A stretch of DNA of 50,991 nt from a virus. Below the pieces are notes generated by a model. It was not told the origin of the DNA and made no database searches. It saw only the letters and a program-made list of their open reading frames with translations. The position numbers and the translations under genes were made by a program. Positions 18,001-26,328 of the stretch are shown here, in pieces (the stretch's first letter is position 1; each line of letters begins with the position of its first letter). The DNA is taken from the IMG/VR virus record IMGVR_UViG_3300008224_000001, one strand, 5' to 3'.

Positions 18001-18085
18001 ATCAATAAAAGAATGTAAGAAAGACTAAATACTTTTTTAATTAACCCGATCAACGCAACCAATTCCAGCACCGCCACAAATACCA

Positions 18086-18116
18086 GACATAAAAAAACCC
18101 TAATTAAAGGGCTTTT
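18086..18116 (-). terminator. Hairpin-T7-ATGTC element #7
   Basis: Minus strand reads AAAAGCCCTTTAATTAGGGTTTTTTTATGTC. Confidence 0.55.
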
Positions 18117-18240
18117 CTAATTAAAAATTAATATAAATAATTATTATCATCAGATAAATATTATGTAATAATTTTTTTTATAACTGACTCATTAAAATTA
18201 TAGCCAACAAGCCCCGCCTGCATGCAATCGCTTAAGCACT

Positions 18241-18459
18241 TCATGATGTCACCCCGCTTTTATTTTGCTTAGCATCAGCTAATATCTCAAGTGCAAACTG
18301 TACCAAGTAAGGCGTAACACCATCAACCGACACGTATTTTTTCATCGTACTATAGCCAACACCCACCGCCGCCGCCGCGCTTTTTTGATTTAATCCCGCG
18401 CGACGAATTAAGCGCCGCGTATTTTCGGCGCTTGTATTATGATTATTAATATCTAACAT
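18241..18459 (-). CDS. HTH DNA-binding protein (72 aa), paralogous to 20395..20649
   Basis: The AAAAVGVGYSTMKKYVS...TPYLVQFALEIL motif is shared with ...MGIGISTVKTHLS...APYYFQFMLECL. Confidence 0.55.
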   Translation of the reverse strand: MLDINNHNTSAENTRRLIRRAGLNQKSAAAAVGVGYSTMKKYVSVDGVTPYLVQFALEILADAKQNKSGVTS

Positions 18460-19682
18460 GATAGCCCCCTTAAAAATGTATACACCTCGCTTTGCACATC
18501 GTCGCCGCCCGAATGATAGCCTGATAATTGCATATTCATCAACTCGCCGCGTCTATACTGCTCAACCGTAGGGCATCCAAGATCATCCCGAATAAAATTA
18601 GCTTTAAATTTCACATACATTAGATTAATTGCTGATTTTATAGCGCTGTCTGACACCTCGCGACTTGAGGATACATACTGAACAGACCCAAACGCCGCAG
18701 AGAAAGGCGTATTACTATAATTATAACTGTCTGTCATGCCATCAAACCGCCCCGCTTGATACCTGTTAATAATATCGTCAACACATTCAACCGCAGGGCC
18801 ATCAGTCCACCGAACATAAACGCAATGATAATCCTCTTTACGCACTGAAAACTTAACACCAGGAAACGCCTTTTTTAACTCTATCCTGATATTTTTAGCC
18901 ACCAAAACCGCCCCGCCGTGGTCTGTGTCAGGGATTAAATGGGGGTGTTGGGCAGGCATCGCCGCCACCGCTTCAGCATATCGAGCCGCCTCATTATCGG
19001 CCTTGATTTTATCCGTAGCGGCCTTGATATGCGTTTGTGCTAATAAATTACAAACAGCCTCTAAACTAACAACCTCAGCGAGAATATCCCACTGCACGCC
19101 CCTAACTATACATTCGGGGGTACGTTTTGATTCTGTAAGATTTTCCCAAACTATATCAAAATTAGCGCCCCCGCCGCGATGAATAACCCCCCCTGATACC
19201 TCGCAAGTTTCCGGCGATTGTTCACCCTCAATATTTTGTATATAACCCACATTTCCACCATACAACCCACAGCGGACTTTCTGCCCAACATGCAAAACTT
19301 CAACTTTATTATGATAGATCGCAGGATCACAGCCAAATTTTACAAAATTCTCAATCTTAACCAACAAAAGCGCCGCTTCAGTCTCTCTATAATCTTCAGT
19401 TTCGCAGGATTGATACTCCAAACAGCTCACAGACTCCAAAACCGCCAACTGATCCGCGTGGAACTCCACCGCATCAGATAAATTAAACGTGATTTTTTCC
19501 ACCTCATTTTTATCATCATAACGATAATTAACAGAGCGTACATTCTCAGACATCAATAGATTAGCTTGCTCTGTTGCTGTTCTAAGTGATATTTTTTTGA
19601 TAATACCGCGTTCAAACAACGCTAAATTATAATTAACCACAATTGTTTTAATAACTGACTCACTCACTATATAAGCACTCAT
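18453..19682 (-). CDS. Hypothetical protein (409 aa)
   Basis: ORF track; no confidently recognised domain. Confidence 0.55.
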   Translation of the reverse strand: MSAYIVSESVIKTIVVNYNLALFERGIIKKISLRTATEQANLLMSENVRSVNYRYDDKNEVEKITFNLSDAVEFHADQLAVLESVSCLEYQSCETEDYRETEAALLLVKIENFVKFGCDPAIYHNKVEVLHVGQKVRCGLYGGNVGYIQNIEGEQSPETCEVSGGVIHRGGGANFDIVWENLTESKRTPECIVRGVQWDILAEVVSLEAVCNLLAQTHIKAATDKIKADNEAARYAEAVAAMPAQHPHLIPDTDHGGAVLVAKNIRIELKKAFPGVKFSVRKEDYHCVYVRWTDGPAVECVDDIINRYQAGRFDGMTDSYNYSNTPFSAAFGSVQYVSSSREVSDSAIKSAINLMYVKFKANFIRDDLGCPTVEQYRRGELMNMQLSGYHSGGDDVQSEVYTFLRGLSC

Positions 19683-19684
19683 GA

Positions 19685-20119
19685 CTAAACCCCTATTCCA
19701 TAATCGCCCGCTATATCATAGTAATCAGCAGAGACTAAAGCCTCTAAATCATTCCCATAGATAGCGCTTATATCGTCTACTTGCTCAGAAGTAGCCAAAT
19801 GCTCAATAAAATAAATAGCTAAACTTTTATAATAATCAGCGGGTTTTTTTGTTGTATCAATTTTCGCTAACTTACAATCTAATGCATCAGCAAAAGCCCC
19901 CGCAGGATAAACTTGAACGCTGGGCAATCCATCAACAACCCATACGGTTATTTGCTCAGCCCCATTACTAAAAACTAATTGTGGGTTTTCATTAATAAAT
20001 ATAAATTGAGGCTGATCAACATCCACCACCGCCAAACTATTACCATAATGAACAACCTCAGCAACAGTAAGCATCTCTCTTAATTTTAATTCTAATTCTT
20101 GTAAGTTCATTTTCTTCAC
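19685..20119 (-). CDS. Hypothetical acidic protein (144 aa)
   Basis: ORF track. Confidence 0.55.
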   Translation of the reverse strand: MKKMNLQELELKLREMLTVAEVVHYGNSLAVVDVDQPQFIFINENPQLVFSNGAEQITVWVVDGLPSVQVYPAGAFADALDCKLAKIDTTKKPADYYKSLAIYFIEHLATSEQVDDISAIYGNDLEALVSADYYDIAGDYGIGV

Positions 20120-20196
20120 CTTTTATTTTTCGATTGAATCGCAAGCGTTACCGCCTCGATATGTTTTAAGCGTCCCGTTTTGAGACCTTGTGAAAA

Positions 20197-20225
20197 ATTA
20201 TAGTCTCAATTCGAGACCTTAGCAA
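20197..20225 (-). promoter_or_regulatory. Sigma70-type promoter TTGCTA-17-TATAAT reading into 20119..; three GAGAC(C/T)T repeats around it
   Basis: -35 at 20225-20220, -10 at 20202-20197. Repeats at 20182-20189, 20202-20209 (inverted) and 20213-20220. Confidence 0.5.
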
Positions 20226-20355
20226 GCAATAAAAACAAATAAGACTAAATAACGGATAAAATAAAGGCTCATTAAAAGACTATATAAGAGTAATAAGAAC
20301 CATATACAGCCTTTTAAATACAGGGAGACAGCACAACCTCCCATAAAACATATAG

Positions 20356-20386
20356 AAAATGGGAAGCAAACCGTTTTTAAAAAAAG
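20356..20386 (+). repeat. About 30-bp direct repeat, copy 1 (AAAATGGGAAGCAAACCGTTTTTAAAAAAA)
   Basis: Near-identical copy at 20649-20679. Confidence 0.85.
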
Positions 20387-20394
20387 AGGAAAAC

Positions 20395-20649
20395 ATGAAA
20401 CCCAATAGCGATAATCTCAAAAAAGACTACACGTACTTATGGGATTTAAAACAAAAAACAGAAATGACTAACAAGGAATTAGCGCAAGCAATGGGCATAG
20501 GCATATCCACCGTAAAAACCCACCTATCCTCAAAAAGCCAAGCGCCCTACTACTTCCAATTCATGCTTGAATGCCTGGTAATAGATAAAATCGACCATGA
20601 GCAAAAAGAAATAGACAGGCAACGCAAAGAAGTCACAGAAAACCTATAA
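20395..20649 (+). CDS. HTH DNA-binding protein (84 aa; start moved to the ATG that follows AGAGGAAAAC)
   Basis: ORF track 20359..20649. The internal ATG has an RBS. Paralogue of 18241..18459. Confidence 0.55.
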   Translation: MKPNSDNLKKDYTYLWDLKQKTEMTNKELAQAMGIGISTVKTHLSSKSQAPYYFQFMLECLVIDKIDHEQKEIDRQRKEVTENL

Positions 20650-20679
20650 AAAATAGGAAGCAAACCGTTTTTAAAAAAA
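20649..20679 (+). repeat. About 30-bp direct repeat, copy 2 (AAAATAGGAAGCAAACCGTTTTTAAAAAAA)
   Basis: See copy 1. Each copy sits upstream of a + strand gene. Confidence 0.85.
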
Positions 20680-20719
20680 CAGGCTATACTTTGTGATTTA
20701 TCATAAAAATACCTGAAAA

Positions 20720-21376
20720 ATGAACAGCTACCTAAACACCGATACAATAACGGGAATATCCCTACTCATCCTATGCGGCTTTATTTACTTCCTGCCATCA
20801 ATTATCGCCAGCGGAAGAAACCACCCAGCCATCACAGGAATAGTCTCACTCAACCTATTCTTAGGCTGGACAGGCATAATCTGGATTGTTTGCTTTATTT
20901 GGGCTTATAGCTCAACCAATAACCAAACAGAAAAGCTAGCCCCACAGAAAAAACAAAAAACCAACCCACCCTACTTCCTCATAGCCATCATTACCTGCAT
21001 TGGGATTGCCGCTTTCATTGGCTCAAAACCCGACAAAAAAGAAATAGTCCTACCAAAAGAAACACAAATAAACGTAAAAAAATACTTAGAAGAATTACCC
21101 ATTGAAATTCACTACGAACGAGCAAAAACAAAAATAGCATTACTAACCGAGGGCACTCCAAGCTACAAAAATGCCATGATCTTCGGCTTTAACACCTGCA
21201 AACCAGAATCATCATGCCTTATCTGGTTCTTCAACAACAAAGACAATGCCGACCAAGCAAAAAAATCACTACAAAACTCAATCAACCTAAGCTCGATAAA
21301 AGGCATATTCGCTATTTACAGCAAAAACAAAACAACCAACAAAGTAAGCTGCTACCAAGCCGACGGAACGTGCTAA
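20720..21376 (+). CDS. Superinfection-immunity-like membrane protein (Imm family N-terminus) with a 140-aa C-terminal extension
   Basis: YFLPSIIASGRNHPAITGIVSLNLFLGWTGIIWIVCFIWA matches the Imm_superinfect signature. Confidence 0.6.
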   Translation: MNSYLNTDTITGISLLILCGFIYFLPSIIASGRNHPAITGIVSLNLFLGWTGIIWIVCFIWAYSSTNNQTEKLAPQKKQKTNPPYFLIAIITCIGIAAFIGSKPDKKEIVLPKETQINVKKYLEELPIEIHYERAKTKIALLTEGTPSYKNAMIFGFNTCKPESSCLIWFFNNKDNADQAKKSLQNSINLSSIKGIFAIYSKNKTTNKVSCYQADGTC

Positions 21377-21386
21377 CACAACCAAC

Positions 21387-21406
21387 AAGGGGCAACTAAG
21401 CCCCTT
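21387..21406. terminator. Hairpin AAGGGGC-N6-GCCCCTT between the convergent genes 20720..21376 and 21415..21954
   Basis: Read directly; no strong T-run. Confidence 0.4.
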
Positions 21407-21414
21407 CACACACC

Positions 21415-21954
21415 CTACGAAATCACCCTACCGTCCTTACGATTCACATCCAGCGCAAAGCGCACCTGGCTATCCAACGACTCACAATAACCAAACAACA
21501 TCTCATAACGATCACGCCACAGATTAACCCACGAGTTCTGACACAAATCCACATATCGATAACGGTCAGCATGAGAAATACCCTTCCTACGCTTAGCACA
21601 TGAACACACCTTCTCACCCGCCATACCCACACTATTACACGCAAAACATAACAACGGATTAACCGACTCAATCGCCGACAACACACCCAGCGAAATAATA
21701 CACGGCTTACCCTTATTCACCTTCCAATCACCCTTCACCGCATAACCCACCGCCACCTGAATACACTGAATCTGAAGCATCCTAAACGCATCCGCATCAT
21801 CACAATACTTAGCCAACGCATAATTCATCGCCACAGGACTCAATCCCGTCAACATTCCCGACATTTCAGCCCGCGTTAACTCAGGCGAACCCCCACGGCC
21901 CACTGCATCATAATTCATCGTACTCGGTGTTAAAACTGCTAATGCTGCTGACAT
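21415..21954 (-). CDS. Late-gene antiterminator, lambda Q-like
   Basis: 179 aa; Cys cluster CFAC..(11)..CSC. The C-terminal pattern SWVNLWRDRYEMLFGYCESLDSQV parallels lambda Q TWSRTVKPLYDALVVQCHKEESIA. Confidence 0.5.
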   Translation of the reverse strand: MSAALAVLTPSTMNYDAVGRGGSPELTRAEMSGMLTGLSPVAMNYALAKYCDDADAFRMLQIQCIQVAVGYAVKGDWKVNKGKPCIISLGVLSAIESVNPLLCFACNSVGMAGEKVCSCAKRRKGISHADRYRYVDLCQNSWVNLWRDRYEMLFGYCESLDSQVRFALDVNRKDGRVIS

Positions 21955-21978
21955 AAATATAACTCGGAAAAGTTTAAA

Positions 21979-22401
21979 TTACTGGCTAAGGCTCGCTTTC
22001 AAACCCGCAAGCCTAGCAAGCTGAGCTGACTTATCAATCTCAGGAATAGGTGCAGGAAACGGATTATCAGGCACAACAGCCACTGGTTTAACCTCACTGC
22101 TAAGCTTAGCTACGCCGCCCCGCAGCGAGTAAGTAATCTCAATCGAATCCAAATAATTAATGCCGTGCGAAGTAATCTTAAACTCCATCACCAACTTTCC
22201 TGTCTGACCGCACTCTCGCTTATCAGTTTGCGTCAAATACCCTTTCTTGGCTAAATCGCCAGCACGCTTTTGTGCAGATGATATTTGCGCAACACCTAAG
22301 CCCAAACCATCAACCCCGACCTCCATCGCCGTTGATTTTGGCATTGATGCAAACTTAGCTAGCAAACGATCCCCTAATGAAAACTTACTTTTTTTACTCA
22401 C
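21979..22401 (-). CDS. Hypothetical protein (140 aa), possibly winged-helix
   Basis: ORF track. Confidence 0.5.
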   Translation of the reverse strand: MSKKSKFSLGDRLLAKFASMPKSTAMEVGVDGLGLGVAQISSAQKRAGDLAKKGYLTQTDKRECGQTGKLVMEFKITSHGINYLDSIEITYSLRGGVAKLSSEVKPVAVVPDNPFPAPIPEIDKSAQLARLAGLKASLSQ

Positions 22402-22838
22402 CTCACACCCCGCAATCCAGCCAGTGCCGCACGACCAACAACGCGATTAACCGGCTTAGGCAATGCACGCTGATGCAACTTGTACGCTTGCCCCGCATGT
22501 TGCCAACCTTTTCCAGACTCCTTAGCCAAAGCAATAAATTCAGCAATCTCAGGCGGCCATGCCAATGTTTTAATGCTCAGATCAATACCTCTCCCCAACT
22601 GCTCATTCGTTAGATCAGATAACGCAACACCCCACTCCAGCATTGTTTCGTTGTACTCCTTAGCCGAAGCAAACTTAGACATAAACTTATTGCGATAAGC
22701 AGCCTTAAACCGCTCAAACAAAGCCTGTTGCCACACCATCGGCAATTGTTTGCTCGAATTGAGCGGTGGTTTCTCTTGAGATTCTTGCGTTTCTCTCGCT
22801 TGCTGATTCTTGCTTACTAAATCCGATATTGCCTGCAT
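22398..22838 (-). CDS. Replication protein P-like (helicase loader). Start set at MQAISDL; the true start could be the later MVWQQ.
   Basis: ...WGVALSDLTNEQLGRGIDLSIKTLAWPPEIAEFIALAK resembles the lambda P family (wPP..eF..lc). Confidence 0.5.
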   Translation of the reverse strand: MQAISDLVSKNQQARETQESQEKPPLNSSKQLPMVWQQALFERFKAAYRNKFMSKFASAKEYNETMLEWGVALSDLTNEQLGRGIDLSIKTLAWPPEIAEFIALAKESGKGWQHAGQAYKLHQRALPKPVNRVVGRAALAGLRGVR

Positions 22839-23508
22839 GATGTCCACCCTTCCCCTGTAAAACTCGATCCACAAATAAACCCTGATAACGCCCCGTAATT
22901 GAATAATCAATCACCTCACGCTGCTGATCGATAGACAGCGCCTTTAATAAATTAAAAGATTTCTTTCTAGCCAAATCTGTTAATGGCTTTTTCATATCCT
23001 TGCGATGCTCCTCAAACTCAACCCAAGATTCATGATTAATAAAATCAGGCACAGAGAGAGAGGCTTTCTTTCTCTCTTTCTTATCTGTGTTTACTATCTG
23101 TGTTTTATTATCTGGTATAGGTTCGCCCTTTTGGGCAATTCCATTTTCCCGTTTGGGCGATTCCATTTGCCTATTTGGTGAAATGGTCTTTATCAGCGGC
23201 TCTAGCCATTTCGACTCATCATCAAACGCATACCAAGTTGTCCTGTCATAAGCCACTTTATTGAAGTTCCCAACGATCAAAACATCATGCTTAATTAACG
23301 AATCAATCACCCTTCTAATCTGCTTTGCCGTCCAAAAAGGAAAAATAACACTAAGCGACTTAATTGTGTTGAACGTCCAAGTACGACCCTCATTCAAATT
23401 ATTATTACAAGCACGATTTTTTAAAATCCAAAACTGGAAGTTATTAATAACGATTGCCTCATCAACGCCAAACGCCTTAGCAACATCAACGTCAAAATTA
23501 TAATTCAC
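22714..23508 (-). CDS. Replication initiator / replisome organiser (lambda O analogue)
   Basis: N-terminal winged-helix pattern FQFWILKN...TWTFNTIKSLSVIFPFWTAKQIRRVIDSLIKHDVL; lies upstream of the P-like gene. Confidence 0.55.
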   Translation of the reverse strand: MNYNFDVDVAKAFGVDEAIVINNFQFWILKNRACNNNLNEGRTWTFNTIKSLSVIFPFWTAKQIRRVIDSLIKHDVLIVGNFNKVAYDRTTWYAFDDESKWLEPLIKTISPNRQMESPKRENGIAQKGEPIPDNKTQIVNTDKKERKKASLSVPDFINHESWVEFEEHRKDMKKPLTDLARKKSFNLLKALSIDQQREVIDYSITGRYQGLFVDRVLQGKGGHHAGNIGFSKQESASERNARISRETTAQFEQTIADGVATGFV

Positions 23509-23690
23509 CGACCCACCCTCTTATCAAACCCATCACAACTCAATCCCTGAAACTTCGGATCATTACGCACCGGCACAAAATGCCGCACCGTGCCGACCGC
23601 ACCAAAGCGATTACACGTTGACTTCAACGTAGCTGGGCAATGTTCATTACGACACGCAAACCCATCCTTCTTAATTCCCATGACTCGCAC
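23505..23690 (-). CDS. Hypothetical Cys-rich protein (61 aa)
   Basis: ORF track. Confidence 0.4.
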   Translation of the reverse strand: MRVMGIKKDGFACRNEHCPATLKSTCNRFGAVGTVRHFVPVRNDPKFQGLSCDGFDKRVGR

Positions 23691-23904
23691 CCTTAACTTT
23701 CACATCAAACTTACTGCAACGCCGCTCAACATCAGGATAAAGCGCCTTACCACCCAGTGCCTTCCTTGCCTGATCCAACGCCTCGCGACTCGGTGACGTC
23801 AGCAAATACGCGTCATACTTAGCGCAATTACCAATACCACTACCAAACCCCACCTTATCGCGCATGAAATAACTACAATCCGAACACCTAACGTTATTAG
23901 CCAT
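23671..23904 (-). CDS. Hypothetical Cys-rich protein (77 aa)
   Basis: ORF track; CSDCSYF...C...C. Confidence 0.45.
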   Translation of the reverse strand: MANNVRCSDCSYFMRDKVGFGSGIGNCAKYDAYLLTSPSREALDQARKALGGKALYPDVERRCSKFDVKVKGASHGN

Positions 23905-23907
23905 CCT

Positions 23908-24342
23908 CTAGAACGGCACATCGTCATATTGATCCGCCGGTGTTTGTGCAGACGCTTGCCCCGCCCCACCCTTGGAACCAGATGAACCAGAAGACGCAGA
24001 CGAACCCAACCCCTCCGACTTAGAATCAAGCATAATCATGTCAGTTGCGATAATCTCAGTCGTATAACGCTCAATACCGTCTTTTTCCCATTTCTGAGTA
24101 CGCAAACGCCCTTCAACATGAATCTTGCTACCCTTACGCAAATACTCAGCCACCACCTCAGCCAGACGATTAAAAAACACCACACGATGCCATTCCGTCG
24201 CTTCCTTCCTTTCCTTTGTATCCCTATCTTTCCAGCGCATCGTCGTTGCAATACTCACTGTCGTCACCGCATTACCATTCGGCATATGGCGAACATCAGG
24301 ATCGCCCCCTAAATTGCCAATCAAAGTTACTTTATTTAACAT
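23908..24342 (-). CDS. ssb: Single-stranded DNA-binding protein
   Basis: MLNKVTLIGNLGGDPDVR...TEWHRVVFFNRLAEV... OB fold, Gly/Ser tail, terminal DDVPF. Confidence 0.9.
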   Translation of the reverse strand: MLNKVTLIGNLGGDPDVRHMPNGNAVTTVSIATTMRWKDRDTKERKEATEWHRVVFFNRLAEVVAEYLRKGSKIHVEGRLRTQKWEKDGIERYTTEIIATDMIMLDSKSEGLGSSASSGSSGSKGGAGQASAQTPADQYDDVPF

Positions 24343-24551
24343 TTATATTTCCAACATGATGTATTGCAATATTCAACAAACTGAGCATCCCGCATTTCTT
24401 TCTCAAAAACCCTGATAGCCTCATCAAGCTCTAAATCCTTAACTTGAAAACTTTCCGCCGCTTGGCGAGCAGACCTACGAAAAAGACGCTGCGTACTCAG
24501 CAAGCCGTAAATTTTATGTCTTAACTCAAATGCTGTTTTACTAGCCATCAA
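24336..24551 (-). CDS. Hypothetical protein (71 aa)
   Basis: ORF track. Confidence 0.45.
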   Translation of the reverse strand: MMASKTAFELRHKIYGLLSTQRLFRRSARQAAESFQVKDLELDEAIRVFEKEMRDAQFVEYCNTSCWKYKC

Positions 24552-24766
24552 CCCAACCCCTTACGATTACACTCAACACAAACAAATACACCATCCTGGC
24601 TAGCTTCCGCCAACTCACTGGAACCACAAAGACAACACGACACCCAATGAGACTCAAAATAACCCCGCGTCCACCTAAAAAAATCAACCAGCAACCCGCA
24701 CGCCATCAAAACCGCAAACGCAAGATAACCAACCACCATCCAAAACAAAGACTCTAAAACCTTCAT
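24548..24766 (-). CDS. Hypothetical membrane / zinc-ribbon protein (72 aa)
   Basis: One TM segment; CCLC...CVEC. Confidence 0.45.
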   Translation of the reverse strand: MKVLESLFWMVVGYLAFAVLMACGLLVDFFRWTRGYFESHWVSCCLCGSSELAEASQDGVFVCVECNRKGLG

Positions 24767-25185
24767 GCAACAAAACCCCTTTGATTAACACGAACAGACG
24801 AAGCCTGCGGTAAACGTAAACGACGCATTTGAATCGGCTCATCAGCAAACAACTGCGCCCCCGTTGAAACCATAAAACCCACCAACAGCAAATTACGCAC
24901 GCTACGAGCTACCGCTTCAAACGTCAACGCCCCCTCAGAGCAGGCCAGCGCAATCGCTTCCGCCACGCTATGAACCCCCAGTTTTGAATAAACCGCATCC
25001 ATGTGCGAATCAATGGTTTTTAATTGACGCGAAAACAAAGCCGCTGTCGTCGGACGATTAAACCCCGCCGCCATCATTTCAAACGCACGCGCTTCAGCCT
25101 TAGATAAACCGAACGCCCCTTGCTCAAATTTAGCAATTACCCCTTTTTCGGGGTTATTCCCGATTTCATTAATGATTGAACTCAT
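24763..25185 (-). CDS. LuxR/GerE-type HTH regulator in the cII position
   Basis: LSKAEARAFEMMAAGFNRPTTAALFSRQLKTIDSHMDAVYSKLGVHSVAEAIALA. Confidence 0.6.
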   Translation of the reverse strand: MSSIINEIGNNPEKGVIAKFEQGAFGLSKAEARAFEMMAAGFNRPTTAALFSRQLKTIDSHMDAVYSKLGVHSVAEAIALACSEGALTFEAVARSVRNLLLVGFMVSTGAQLFADEPIQMRRLRLPQASSVRVNQRGFVA

Positions 25186-25229
25186 TACAATTACCTCAAA
25201 GTTTCTTAAAACAGCACCGAGTTAATCCT

Positions 25230-25260
25230 AAAAAAATACCGCCCGAAGCTATCGAGCGGT
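25230..25260 (-). terminator. Intrinsic terminator between the cro-like and LuxR-type genes (tR1 analogue)
   Basis: Minus strand reads ACCGCTCGATAGCTTCGGGCGGTATTTTTTT. Confidence 0.5.
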
Positions 25261-25309
25261 CAAGTTGCCCGAAGGCTCAAGGATCGCAATAAGTGCATTT
25301 GTTGTTTGG

Positions 25310-25504
25310 TTAAGCGGCATTAACATCAATACCGTGCTTTATAGCTAAATTTTTTATTGCCTCGTACCGCTTATAGGTTGATGGCTCTTTATGCTTACCG
25401 TTTCGTAACCTAGAAACCGTAGCTTGTGGTGCGTTAATTTCTTCCCCAATTTTCCAATCAGGCATTTTTTTATTTAACTCAGATAAAACAAATTGGATAT
25501 TCAT
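25310..25504 (-). CDS. cro: Cro-like HTH repressor (64 aa)
   Basis: IGEEINAPQATVSRLRNGK helix-turn-helix; divergent from the CI-like gene. Confidence 0.65.
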   Translation of the reverse strand: MNIQFVLSELNKKMPDWKIGEEINAPQATVSRLRNGKHKEPSTYKRYEAIKNLAIKHGIDVNAA

Positions 25505-25512
25505 AATGAATA

Positions 25513-25541
25513 ATAATAATACGTTATCGTATCTCGGTCAA
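25513..25541 (-). promoter_or_regulatory. Rightward-type promoter for cro: TTGACC-17-TATTAT, with an operator in the spacer
   Basis: -35 at 25541-25536, -10 at 25518-25513. Only 8 nt separate the -10 from the cro ATG. Confidence 0.6.
25519..25532. promoter_or_regulatory. Operator palindrome ATACGTTATCGTAT
   Basis: ATACG-N4-CGTAT. Related copies at 25567-25580, 26442-26457 and 26467-26482. Confidence 0.6.
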
Positions 25542-25566
25542 TACGAAATGGTACTATATAAACAAA

Positions 25567-25580
25567 ATACGTTGTCGTAT
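25567..25580. promoter_or_regulatory. Operator palindrome ATACGTTGTCGTAT
   Basis: Same consensus; a degenerate third site lies at 25541-25555. Confidence 0.55.
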
Positions 25581-25589
25581 GATTACGCC

Positions 25590-26279
25590 ATGAGCGATTT
25601 ACGAACGAACTTACAGCACGAAATGGACCTTAAAGGCTGGAACGCATACGACTTATCAAATGCGTCAGGCGTGCCGCAGCCGACAATACACCGGTTTCTT
25701 AGCGGAAAACATGGTGACCCAAGAACAACTACGATAGTTAAATTAGCTACAGGACTAGGCGTTACAGAAGAAAAGCTAAGAGGATTTGCAGAGCAACATC
25801 ATTACGCAGTAAATGACGTGCAATCAGGCTATTACGAAGAGGCGCAACCACCGAGCAGCGAATTTACCCCCGTACACTATGCAAATATTAAATTATCGGC
25901 AGGCGTTAATGGCTTTGAAGTTGATTATCATGAGGAAGCCATGCAACCCATCTTCTTTCGCCATGATTGGCTGTCGTCAAAAGGCTTTAAAGCAAGCAAA
26001 CTGATTGCCTGCGAGATCACTGGAGATTCAATGGAACCTCGGCTATATTCAGGTGATAGCGTGGTTATTAACACAGAATCAAACGACCCCATTGACGGAA
26101 AAGTATTCGCTGTCAACTATGAAGGCGAACTGGTTATAAAACGACTCTATCGAGACAATGGGAACTGGTACTTACGCTCAGACAACCCAGATAAAACGCG
26201 ATATTCAGATAAAAACTGCGCAAGTGATATTTGCATCATGATTGGCGAAGTCGTACATCGACAAAGTACCGAAATATAA
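25590..26279 (+). CDS. cI: CI-type repressor (XRE HTH plus S24 LexA-like autopeptidase). Start moved to MSDLRTNL.
   Basis: HTH AYDLSNASGVPQPTIHRFLSG; GDSMEP Ser motif; VIKRL Lys motif. The track ORF start at 25506 would abut cro. Confidence 0.8.
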   Translation: MSDLRTNLQHEMDLKGWNAYDLSNASGVPQPTIHRFLSGKHGDPRTTTIVKLATGLGVTEEKLRGFAEQHHYAVNDVQSGYYEEAQPPSSEFTPVHYANIKLSAGVNGFEVDYHEEAMQPIFFRHDWLSSKGFKASKLIACEITGDSMEPRLYSGDSVVINTESNDPIDGKVFAVNYEGELVIKRLYRDNGNWYLRSDNPDKTRYSDKNCASDICIMIGEVVHRQSTEI

Positions 26280-26306
26280 CCCACCCATAAAATAAATAAC
26301 CAAATG

Positions 26307-26328
26307 CCCGCCCCATGCGGGTATTTTT
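26307..26328 (+). terminator. Intrinsic terminator after cI
   Basis: CCCGC-N5-GCGGG followed by TATTTTT. Confidence 0.5.

Noticed and set aside
22714-22838. 125-nt overlap between the O-like and P-like ORFs as a possible programmed frameshift or fusion
   Set aside because: It is more simply explained by an uncertain start for the P-like gene; a later ATG at 22739 leaves a 26-nt overlap. No slippery heptamer was noted in the overlap.
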